NCBI RefSeq assembly: GCF_964204645.1
Contig: NC_134028.1
Coordinates: forward strand, 8,928,001-8,992,000
Source of the DNA: Tubulanus polymorphus
Taxonomy: Eukaryota > Animalia > Nemertea
Length of the DNA: 64,000 nucleotides
Direction of reading: 5' to 3'
Below the pieces are notes generated by a model. The model saw nothing but the letters and a program-made list of their open reading frames with translations. It did not search any database and was not told where the DNA came from. This document shows, one piece after another, positions 13,101-23,758 of this stretch; position 1 is the stretch's first letter, and the number at the start of each line of letters is the position of its first letter. The position numbers and the translations under genes were made by a program.

Positions 13101-14440
13101 GATTGGTGTTTTGGTTTAGTGAAACAGCGATATCGGCGCGGACATTGGTATCCAGCCTTGGGGACATGGCACAGGTTGTGGAGGAAAGTACCCTTACAGG
13201 TGTGAACATTGCACAGCTAGTTGGTAATGAAGATGGCTCCGTGATAGTGCCTCTTCATAATTGGCAGGAGAAACTGGCGCCTTTCTTCAAGAAGATGACA
13301 GGAATCAAAAAGTACCATCACTTCAGGTTTGTAAAAATATCTTTGAAAATTGAAAAGAACCTTTGTTGTTGGAAATAATTTCATATACACATTAAACTGT
13401 TGGATTCTATATACTTTCTTCATATATAAATAAAGAGTTGGACCATAGAACACTAATACATGTAAATATCTATCTTGGAAAAATCTGATAAAAATTTTTC
13501 GGATGAATTTTTTATCACTGCATAATGGTTTAATGATTAACTAATGACAAGAATTCCTTACAGCTGACGATGCATTTAAACCTTTCCATGTTGTATGGTA
13601 CAAACTGTCATATTCTTTTTTGCAGGTTTGGTGCTGAGTCTCCGGGTACTGTATTTGTCCGTGAGTATTCCGATTCACAAGAAATTGCTGTCAATCTTCT
13701 CAAGAAAGTGAATGTTCATCCTTCCTTGGACTTACCTGCAGTTATACCACCACCAGGACTGGAAAATGCTAGGCAGACATACTTGTATCAAAAGATAAGG
13801 GAGTTTTGCACAGTTGAAACCCGTGACATTACGTGTCCTAGACCAGATGACATTGTGCTTCCAGTGAATGAGGACTCAGATGAGGATATTACACCCCCCT
13901 CAAAAAAGGGCTAGAGTTCAGTAAAGTGGCCTTTAGTGCATGGTGTGGATAATTAGACAATGTGTGTATAGTTAAACTGCATTTATAGTGCTACAAAAAC
14001 TTGTAAACTGTTTGTTAAATCATGCTCAGGTCAGGTGTAACACGTGGTAATTCGGCCTGATAAGTACCTGATAAGACCTGACAAGTACCTCAAAATAATA
14101 TTAGTTTGTAGAAAAAGTTTTTTATCTATGCATTTATAACTTTTGGATGTTTTATAATATAGTGTTTAATAACTCAGCCAAATTTCATGTATTTTGGAGG
14201 ATGGTTGCTAAGGAAATTTTTTGGACAAAAGTCGCCGGCTTTTAACCTTGATTTTCTCCACTTTTGGTAAGTTTTATCACAATATTTTCCGAAACTGGAA
14301 ATCTAATAACTTTTTCATTTTTCATCCAATCTTAATAATCTATACACCATTGGAAAGTTCATAAAAAGTACTTTAGAATATGTATGTATCACTTATATTG
14401 AGTTTTGGCCCAAGTGACTCATTTGGCCAGCACCGGTCAC
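10187..14440 (+). mobile_element. Sola1 DNA transposon, full length, with disrupted transposase
   Basis: 25-bp TIRs GTGACCCGTGCTGGCCAAATGAGTC / GACTCATTTGGCCAGCACCGGTCAC (1 mismatch). 4-bp TSD ATAT at 10183-10186 and 14441-14444, fitting the AWWT preference of Sola1. Confidence 0.88.
10836..13914 (+). pseudogene. Sola1 DDD transposase, 4 exons (approx. 10836-11534, 11860-12140, 12418-13327, 13626-13914)
   Basis: HYSFDYAQQVHYP, CDNCSGQNKN, GHTKFAPDWCFG motifs and GT-AG introns. Frameshifts near 11198 and 13140. The exon-2 donor appears mutated (G|ATAAG). Confidence 0.85.
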
Positions 14441-14655
14441 ATATGCACCCACACTGAAATTAAAGGCCAGTGACATAGCAACAGCACATAATACTCAAAG
14501 TTCCCTAAATAGCATTTTACAATGAGTCCATGGCCGAGTCCATAGTTTTTCTAACTGAAATTTAGGGATAGTGGATTTTGTGCCTATTCAGTCTTTTACG
14601 TTCACTCAAAGCAAAGACAACTGACATTTCAATTTCTGTGACCTGTTTTATCAAA

Positions 14656-17147
14656 ATGTAGAATATTGGGGATTCTGCAAAAAGAAGGCGATCGAAAAGT
14701 TTCAAACTCGAAATATCTGGAGATGATACCGTGAAAAAGAACATTTTAGAGAAAAACAAGAATGTTGAAGCAAATGATTAGATTAGCCAGTAATGCTACA
14801 GTAATGGAAAATATGTTGGATTACTGGCTTGCACACAATTCGCCAGATACTGTCAACATTGATGTAGCAAACTGTGTGAACACAGACAAGTGTGACGTCG
14901 ATCACATGGATTACTCACTTCAGGGATGATATACATAGCCTATCAACGTCTTACGGAAGGCAGTGGTATCGGCAAAATTTCGAAAGATTGAAAAAAATTC
15001 AAAGTAGTTATGTAGATGCCGCGCAAGAAGAACATGATAAAAGTATTGAAAACGCTCTTTTAGAAGAGATCGCAATATATGAGAACCCAGGCACCATCAA
15101 TATAATGACTGACGCACGGCACGGGTGGCACAAAAATGCCAAAGACAGCAGTGTTGTGGCAGTTGTTGGTAAAAAAAGTAACAAAGTTTTACGCTATGAA
15201 CATGTCACCAAATCGGATGATCTAGTGTCGCAGCGTCATGAGCGTTGAGCTACAGAGCGTATTTACGAGTACATTAGATCAACAAAAGACAACGAAGGTT
15301 TGAAGATCGGAATTCATAGCCATGATAATGGTGCATCAGTTAATAAATTCATGAGAGATCAAGGGGCTACGAACCAAAATGATACGTGTCACAAAATAAA
15401 AAATGCCTTGAGGGATTGAAAAAGTGTCAGCCGGTGCTCAGAAAAACCATGGAACTTGGCACGAGCAACTCCAAGATAAGTCCAAAGCAATTGGAACACA
15501 CATGCAGTGAGATATCAGAAATTGTAAACAGGATCCAAATAAACTGCCCATGGGCAAAGTGTGGTTTACCTTGAAAGCTAGAGGTTGTTTGGAGTAAGGG
15601 CATTGCTTGAAAAATCTTTTTAAATCGTGACTTCAAAGTTCTAGAAGTTTATATTGTATTTTATTTTTCTTAAAGAATTATTTTGTAGTCAAATAAGACC
15701 AAAGATAAACATTTGTTTATGGGCCAAAATTTCGTAGGGTACAGGAAGGCGCGGCATTGGAAACTATTTTATATTTTCAAAAAAATATTTTTCACAATAT
15801 GAAAAGATATTCAAATAAAATTCATATGATATCTAAACAAGCTAAAACACCGGGGCGTAGTATTAGATCGTTTTAAACCCTGGAATTTACCACTACAATA
15901 TTCAGACCTCGACCTATACCTATAGTTTGATGCTTAGTATTTTCAGGTCACAAGAAATTACAATTAATTACAAATTACAAACAGAAAACACAGTGCTCAT
16001 CTTCTGCTACGATGATTATTCAAGCCTGTTATCATACCAAACGTGCACGCGCCAAGCAGCGTTACGGCATCACCATATAGTAGTGTGTATGAGCGTGTTT
16101 GTGTTTGCAAGTCTTATGTTAGCGCCCCTCGCAACACGTGGAGGCCTAATGTAGTGAACGTTCGCTTCACTTCGATCTCTATCAACACAATCACCGGGTA
16201 TTAAAATGAAACAATACCTATGGCGCTGTGAAATAATTATATTTCTCCCCAGCAATGAGCATTTAAGATTCGCCCATATACGGCACCTACTCCAATGAAA
16301 CGTTCGCCATTAATGGCTTTCCCATAATTATTTTAGTAGTGCCGGAATTCCCCGTATATCCCAAAAACAGCCAATCACATTCGCTCGTAGAGACGACGCC
16401 CCCAATCGAGGTCATTGCAATTTTATACGCTAGAGCTAAGAATATTCCCGCCAAAAACAGTTTTTCGTTGAATTTTAACTCACCATGTCATGTTGACCAT
16501 GTCATGTTGACCATGTCATCGACGGAGGTTCGTCATGTCTTCAATTGCATTATACGTCGTTTAACCCGAGAACCAATGAAAAAAATGCTCACATAAAAAA
16601 AACGTACCGCGATTTTACATGAATTGACTCAATGCCAAGCTCATACTGCTGACAAAGGTAAACCAAAAACTCAAGAGACAACTTGGATAATCTCGTAGTT
16701 CATTATAAAAATGAACATCAAAACTGAAGTACAGAATCGCGCTGCACGACAGATCCGTATTACCAACCATCAATGGTAGTCATTATGTCAACAGTGGCGG
16801 AAAATCTGTTGAGAAATGTTTTCCGTAGTACTTATTTGTACAAACATCCAGAATGCTTCATCTACTGAAGGGACTCGTTTTATGTCGAATCCTTCAACAA
16901 TGTGATGAACTTGTTTCAGGACAAACGCATATCATTCAGCGATGAACAATACAACATGAGAGCAAATTTTGCTGTTTGCCACTAGAATGAAAACGTTGAC
17001 CGAGGTTACACCAGTATCAGAATTCGGCCAGGAGACAGTAAAAACTGTAAAAAACAGAAGAAAAGAGTTGCACATTTAACTATCGGAGAAATATATGGAA
17101 TCTTTACATAGACAAACTATTCTCGGATTATGATTATTGGAATTAGT
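14656..17147 (+). pseudogene. Kolobok-superfamily (KolobokP-like) DDE transposase pseudogene, split by an insertion at ~15547-16673
   Basis: 5' part: SAKRRRSKSFKLEISGD, IMTDARHGWHKNAKDSSVVA, DDLVSQRHE, HSHDNGASVNK, NQNDT, WHEQLQDK, IRNCKQDPNKL. Resumes at 16674 with RDNLDNLVVHYKNEH..YVESFNNVMNLFQDKRISF..AVCH*NENVDR. Family name is from recalled motifs. Confidence 0.7.
15547..16673. mobile_element. Non-coding ~1.1-kb insertion in the Kolobok transposase
   Basis: The host reading frame is contiguous across it (KL|RDNLDN). Degenerate inverted ends TGGTTTACCTTGAAAGC and GCTGACAAAGGTAAACCA. Contains a 14-bp tandem repeat (CATGTCATGTTGAC) near 16484-16519. Confidence 0.5.
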
Positions 17148-17726
17148 GTTAATAAAAATGGTTGAAACTTGATTACGGTAATTCTATTCTTTAATTCTCG
17201 TAGTCTGATATTAACGTGAGCAATTTAAATTGGCTGTGACAGTTTATTAGCCTGAGCTCAAATGGAAGTATAAACAAACACTACAGCATCACACTGCCTC
17301 CAGCTGTAGTGGGAAGTGCCGACTGTGCAGAATCCCAAGTGCTTACCACCCAGTTATCTACTGCTCATACCAATGGGCCTTTAAGGACGAAACAAGGCCA
17401 AAGATCTGGCAACTATGCGTTTTAGACTTTTGATCTTTTGATTGAGGAACTGACATACCTCAACCGGTAGTGGTTACATTTTGCCACCAAACAGGGTCTT
17501 TATTAAATGCTTTAACAAATTCAAGAAAATTAAGAAGTATTCATCGGGTTATACAAGTTGTTGCCTCTGGCTTCTTGTGGTGGAAAAGTGTACAGGGAAA
17601 ATTAGTTGCATGAATAAGACAATAAATTTTCAGTAGATTATTGTTTGTGTTTGTGAACTGTGAAAATTATAAACTTTCGAGAAACAAACAGGCCAGAACC
17701 CCAACCGGAACTGAAGTCGACGAAAA

Positions 17727-18068
17727 CTCCCGTGTGTCTGTCAGCAGAATTGTGTCGTCAGCATACATTAAAATCATTATGAGAGAAATCCCACAATAAC
17801 AAAGCCAAGATTGAAAAATTCTACATCAGAATGATTGTATTTGAGATGCGACGTTTCAGCCATCATCAGGCGTACTGAGAACAAAATCAAATAACAGGAT
17901 ATTCATACAAAAATATGAATAATCTTATTTGTTAGCCAAAACATCGCTCCTCAAATACAATCATTCTGATATAGAATTTTTCAATCTTGGCTTTGTTATT
18001 GTGGGATTTCTCTCATAATGATTTTAATGTATGCTGACGACACAATTCTGCTGACAGACACACGGGAG
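17727..18068. repeat. Fold-back inverted repeat, 119-bp arms, 104-bp spacer (copies at 25347-25688 and 32967-33308)
   Basis: 17727-17845 is the reverse complement of 17950-18068 with one visible mismatch. Confidence 0.92.
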
Positions 18069-18448
18069 GTTAAAAATCAACGTGGAGAAATCCAAAGTTG
18101 CAATTTTCTGGAAGTCCGAACGGTTAACAAAACCAATTTTTTATTCAAATGGAGAAACAATCGAATGTGTCACGGGTTATTGTATCTTGGGTACAGTATT
18201 ATCATCAAATGGATTCTAAGAGAAGAAAAGAGAAGACTTGAACAAGTCTTAAGGCTATGTACTGCTACAAAAAGGGTAAACTATTTGACCTATCCTTCCA
18301 CTTTTTGAGTCAACTATTTGATACAATGATTCTTCTAAAAGCATTGTATGGTGCAGAAATCTGGGCTCATGAATCCATCTCTATTTTGGAAAGGCTGCAA
18401 CTTGATTCCAACAAGTTCTGTTGGGATTCAATAAATATGTTCCCTTAG
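17990..18448 (+). pseudogene. Non-LTR retrotransposon (LINE) reverse transcriptase fragment (copies at +7620 and +15240)
   Basis: LMYADDTILL catalytic motif, YLG, and LFDTMI..ALYGAEIW. Frameshifted. Confidence 0.8.
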
Positions 18449-18775
18449 ATCATCATCAGCATCCTAAAGTGGACTTTTATATTTCACAGGTTTTTAATTT
18501 CATTGAGCATCCTGTAGTTGTGTCCCCTATTTCTATTTTTAAGATCAGCATTTTATACATTTAGTAATAGCAATTTATCTTTAAGCATCAATGCTTCACG
18601 TCATATACATACGCCAGTACATAAGTTTTCACCATTGACTTTTAATTAATTGGGAGTGCATTTCAGCTGACATGAGTAGACTTTGCTTTGTGGTTTTATT
18701 GTCTTCTCTGAAGTCGAATGGTCAATTCTACTACAGGGGTAACATTGAGCTGTTAGCCATAGTTATTTCCGCCAT

Positions 18776-19095
18776 TTGGGCGAGTTTGTGTCGGGGAACA
18801 GAGGTAGTCTCCCCTCCCTCATGGCCGATTGGAGTATTTCCGATATAGATATTGCTGCCTCCATTTTAATTGGTATCGGTGGTGCCACAATAGATAAATT
18901 TCATGACATGGGTATTACTTCATCCATAAAGATACATATGCCGCATATTGTCATTTTACAGGTTGGGGGGAATTTGGATAACCGATTTTTAACTCCGGCA
19001 TTCATTGGTATGAAAATTTTTCAATATGCCACCCATGTCACCAAAGTTACAGGTGCTATTGTGTATATTTGTGACCCCATAAGGAGGTTAAAATG
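18776..19095 (+). pseudogene. SGNH/GDSL-hydrolase-like ORF fragment of TE origin (copies at +7620 and +15240)
   Basis: GIGGATI..PHIVILQVGGN resembles SGNH blocks II and III. Such ORFs are often carried by retroelements. Confidence 0.55.
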
Positions 19096-19149
19096 GCGAA
19101 ATATCATCAAAATTGAGAAGAGGGTTCACCAGGCAGGGGAATTCTTAAC

Positions 19150-20137
19150 AGACATTGAACGCTTGGTATTGCGCTACAAACTATGTCTTGAAAAGAGAAA
19201 CGCACATCGCAAGGAACCATTAATTCCTCACGAAATGCCTGATCGTCCATGGGCTGAGGTGGCATGCGATTTATTTCATTTCAGACAACGGGATTATCTC
19301 ATCTGCGTTGACTTCTACTCCAGAAGTTGCATTACTGCCAGATGAACAGAGTAAATCAACGACTAACGCATTGAAGTCAATCTATGCTCGTCATGGAATA
19401 CCAGACATTACCTGAAGTGATAATGGACCGCAGTTTACTAGTAGAGACTTTCAGAACTTTGCCAGAGACTGGGGCTTTGTTCATGATACTAGCAGTCCAA
19501 CATTTCCACAATCAAATGGACAAGCTGAGCGTTTTGTACAAACAGTTGAAAACATGTTAACAAAAGCTGAGGAGTCTGGTGGAGACATCTACCTCGCTCT
19601 TATGGCATACAGAGATACACCTCTTGAGGGTGTGGGTAAAAGCCCATCGGAGTTATTGATGGGTAGACGTCTGAAAACCAGACTGCCAGTTGCCAAAGTT
19701 ATCCTAAAACCATCCAATTCTAATAGCGATCGCTTGCGTCTTCAGTCAAGGCAACAGTTGAACAAGAAATATTATGATAGAGCAGCTAAATCACTGCCTA
19801 CACTGAGGCCAGGTGAAATAGTGAGGTACAAAAAGTCTACCAAAGACACTTGGCAACTGGCAGGAGTAATAGCAGTTGCTGATAATTATGAAAGATCATA
19901 TTTTATTGATGTTAATGGTAAACAATTGCATCATAATCGTAGACACTTACTCTGCCTATACTGCCGGTATTAGTTCAAGGACTACCAGAAGTTGAACCTC
20001 CTCAACCGCCAGAATCTCCTGTAGTTTGCCTCCCTGACCCTTCTGAAACTCCTCAGGTTGTTAAGGATTCTAATGTTTCCACAAGGTCCGGTCTATTTGT
20101 GAAAAAACCAAGTTACTTGGGGGATTATGTTACTTAA
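19150..20137 (+). pseudogene. Ty3/Gypsy integrase fragment, copy 1
   Basis: KEPLIPHEMPDRPWAEVACDLF..YLICVDFYS, ARHGIP..SDNGPQF, SSPTFPQSNGQAERFVQTV, YRDTPL..SPSELLMGRRLKT, terminal STRSG..VKKPSYL.DYV*. No LTR. Confidence 0.9.
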
Positions 20138-20230
20138 TAACTGATAGTTTATTTACATCGCAAATCATTATGATAATGACTTACATTAACTACAGTATCG
20201 ATTTGCATTATTACATATTGATCTACTCAT

Positions 20231-20345
20231 TTTGTGCATGTTAGAAATTCTGTGCAGGTTGGAAATTTTGTGCATGTTAGACGTTTTGAGCATGTTAGAG
20301 ATTTGTGCATGTTAGATTAGAAACTTGTCCATGTTATATTAGAAC
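20231..20345. repeat. ~18-bp degenerate minisatellite TTTGTGCATGTTAGAAA (copies at +7620 and +15240)
   Basis: About six imperfect tandem copies just after the Gypsy ORF. Confidence 0.7.
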
Positions 20346-20399
20346 ACAAATGGTTTTCTGTCTTATTGAGCCGTGTGGTCTCTGGAGGAGTTACTGGAT

Positions 20400-20880
20400 C
20401 AGGATACAATAATCCCAAAAAAGGCTAGGACCTCAACATGACTGTCTCACGACCAGGCTTGCTCAATTTGATAAGAATCTTGGTCAGTGTCATGATCAGC
20501 CTCCAACAGGAATCTGAAGAGGTGGATAACCAAGTCTGAGGGATTGTTCATCCCATTGTCTGGAGGTTTTATGGCGTATTGCATTTCACGTGCAACATTT
20601 TACTCCAATTTTCAATACTATCAAAATGCATTTAGAAGTCATCGCTAAGTTACCAGATGAAGACAATACCAAAACCATCCTAGAGGCTTGCTAAATGGCA
20701 ACAGGAGAAAACTTCAAAAAATTTATCAATGGCTCTGCGTGCAAAGAGTTAAGAGACAGGAACTTAGTCGACCTGAAAGCAATAGATGGTGACATGAAAG
20801 ATCTGCATGATAATTGCATTGATATTATTATTCAGAGCTTGAAGTATTAGTTTCCAGATGGGAGAATTGTCTTCAGTTAA
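20400..20880 (+). pseudogene. hAT (ZNF862-like) transposase fragment, very degenerate (copies at +7620 and +15240)
   Basis: KKARTST*LSHDQA resembles the TRWLSH motif, followed by RFYGVLHFTCNILLQFSILSKCI. Confidence 0.45.
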
Positions 20881-22475
20881 TGCACTTAACCCATAACAGA
20901 TCGGGGGGCTGGGGTAAAGGATTTCAATTAATGGCTGCATTCATGAACCAGACAGCGATGGATCCAGCTTTGTCTGGCTTTTTAGCTCATTCAGATATGT
21001 AAGAATGGTCCAGGGTCTGAAAAATGCACCAGAAAAATATCAGAGGCCAACAGAGTTGTGCCTTGCGGCATGCTTTAGCTCCTCTTGATGATTTGATCGT
21101 TTACTATCATACTGTCGCTGAACATTTAGAAAACACCTCCAGAACGTCAGAACAAAAATAACAACTGTTTTTTGAATTTACATGTGGGTGAAACAAATCC
21201 AGACTGAAAAACCAACCAACGCCTATCTACTTGTATTTGTGAATACTGTTTAAAACATAGCTTAGATAAGTGTCAGTCTTTTAAAAGATTGGTTGCATAT
21301 ATCTTCTTACATATACCTTCCACCAGCCATACTGAAAATCTTTGAAACAATTTCATTCTCTCATGGATATAATACACGTAACAAAAATAACTCGACATTT
21401 AACTGGCTTGTTTCATAAATCCTTCCTTGGAAAAAACTCTGATTAAAAACCGGTAGAACTGACTTGTGTTTGCAGGCAGCAGAAACCGTTTCAGCATCAT
21501 ATTTTGGGGAAATTGCTACCAAAAAATAAACACTTCGGCTGATGCCCGAGACTCGCCGCGCATCTCTGGGAGGTCAGGAGAGCCTGTTCGTGGAAGCAGC
21601 ACCAACAAAGCCTCATTAACAATTGGGGAGGTGCCAGCATACAAATGAATGCCCCCACTGTGTCTCCTTGATAGACCTATAAAAATGGAAAACTGCGAAT
21701 CTCGATGATTGCCAAGTTAGATGAATGGGTGCTTAGTTATTCGGGGAAGCATATGAGGTGATCATACTTCACTGCGGAACAAAGAACTCAAGAGAGCGCA
21801 ACTACCTGGAACAAATGCCACGAAATGCATTCAGTTAAGTGGATATATATTGCAATTAAAATGATCCAGCACCACATGGTGAAGCACTACATGGTCTCAT
21901 ACTTAGTTGGGATTAGGATTTCAATATTTAAGTGTAGGATCTTAACAAGTGTGCCAAAAGTTTTATACGTGACTCACCAGTGTTCAGCAAAACTATTCAG
22001 AGACAGCATACACTGTGGAAGGCTCCGCAATTATTACCTTGAACACAATTGACTTTTCTATTCTGATGTTGCTCAGGACACTTGTGAAATAATTATCTTA
22101 AGCCACGACGAAAATCTCCGAGAAATCACCAAGTGTGCGGTCACTGGCAACCATTGTCAGGATCGGCAGCAAATCGCGTAGTGTGCAGCTACTAGCGACG
22201 AATCAGCGCCAAGGTAGAAATCATGTGCATTCACAAAATGGCAGCCCCGACAGACGAACAAGAATCGGCATGGGATATACCGAAAGAGGACAAATTGGTG
22301 GAAATGTGGTCGGAAAGCCATGTTTGTTCGACGTGTCCTGTGATTCTTATAGGGACCATGTAAAAAAAGCTAAGGCGTAACACGACATAGCTTTCGCGCT
22401 GGATATGACCAGTATTTATTCCACTTTTCCGCTATCAAGTTAAATTCAAATTCACTTCATTCAGCCAATTTCTTG

Positions 22476-22918
22476 AAGGAAGTGGTTATTTAGCCGGATC
22501 CGGTTACTGACGTTTATAAGATATTTTGCCCGATCCATATATTATGCAACAATAAAATCATTCTATTGGGTTTCGATAGGGTTACTAGTGTCAAGAGGGT
22601 GAGAAGAGGGTCCAGAGGGTTCCGTTTCACAACTAAGGAAGGGGTTAGGGTAAGGTGTGGCTATATGTAGTTAAAACATTCAGGTGGTTTTAAGCGAGCT
22701 CGGTGGTCTAGTGGTATGATGCTGCACTAGTAATTTACTGGCCTGGGTTCGAGTCTCGCTCTATCCGCTCTATTTTCTCTATGTTCTCCACACTTCCTTC
22801 GAATTTTCTAAGTCGTACACCTCTCTGCGCGCGGGGTCAATTAGCCAATTAGAGACAATATCCGGCAAAATATCGTTCAGAAGTCGGTGACCGGATCTGG
22901 CAAAATAACCACTTCCTT
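22476..22918. mobile_element. 443-bp TIR-bounded non-autonomous element containing a tRNA-like cassette, copy 1
   Basis: ~35-bp TIRs AAGGAAGTGGTTATTTAGCCGGATCCGGTTACTGAC / GTCGGTGACCGGATCTGGCAAAATAACCACTTCCTT (4 mismatches). Internal GGGGTTAGGGTAAGG tract. Confidence 0.75.
22697..22768 (+). pseudogene. tRNA-derived sequence with Pol III A and B boxes (copies at 30317-30388 and 37937-38008)
   Basis: A box TGGTCTAGTGG (22704-22714) and B box GGTTCGAGTC (22746-22755). CTAGTAA loop resembles Thr-AGT. Acceptor and anticodon stems do not pair. Confidence 0.65.
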
Positions 22919-22964
22919 TTTTGAAACGATATAAAACAGTTTTACGATTTTTGATATTTTTCAG

Positions 22965-23140
22965 TTGAACAGGTTCAAAAACACTTGATGAGCCTACAAA
23001 CCCAGTACACCAAGGACAAGAATCCGGCAGCAAGTGGCAGTAGTGCCACTAAAAAGTCAAGGAAAGCTGCATGGCTTTTGGAGAAACTCCAATTTCTCCA
23101 ACCACACATTGGAATGCGAACTACAATTTCCAATTTGGAG
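22965..23140 (+). pseudogene. MADF/Myb-SANT-like exon, probably PIF/Harbinger-associated (copies at 30585-30760 and 38205-38380)
   Basis: Open exon bounded by TTTTCAG| and |GTTAGT: EQVQKHLMSLQTQYTKDKNPAASGSSATKKSRKAAWLLEKLQFLQPHIGMRTTISNLE. Confidence 0.6.
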
Positions 23141-23758
23141 GTTAGTATGAAGTACTAAGATAAAGAAATAAGTTCACTCAATCTCATGGGATTTTATTTG
23201 ATTTTATCTTCAAAGAATATTATAATATGTATGTAACAATAATCATCTCTTACAAAATATTGCACTATATTGAATATTGAACTATATTTATTCTTTATTT
23301 TTCATACAGTGACTGATACAGGATCTATAACATTGATTGATCTATTTTTCTATAATTGCGTCCAGCCAAGAAACCGATCCTGCATCTGATAGGAAATAAC
23401 TTTTCAGGGCTTCCCACTGTTGTTTTGCTGATACTGACAAATTTCTATTATGGTTTGGTTGTTAACCGACTAAACCATCAGAATTTCTACAACTTCCAAG
23501 AATAACATTGTGATTATCATCCTCGGTGTCAATTAAACTTCCACTTGCGCTCACAAAGACTTGGTTATCGAAACATAGGCCAATGTGGTTATCAATTCAA
23601 ATGTTTTGATTTCCAATGACGATAAAGCCCTAGCTTGCTAATTTCTCAACTACCTAGTTGATGTAATTACTTTCATATGTAAGATGTAAATTAAAATTAT
23701 GTGAAACTGGACCCTTACAATTAGTTCGATGTTTAATTGATGTTTCTCTTGTTCTAGC

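Noticed and set aside
21680-21830. Second SGNH-like fragment (EVIILHCGT)
   Set aside because: A single short motif only, which is insufficient support.
22697-22768. Functional tRNA-Thr gene
   Set aside because: A and B boxes are present, but the acceptor and anticodon stems cannot pair.
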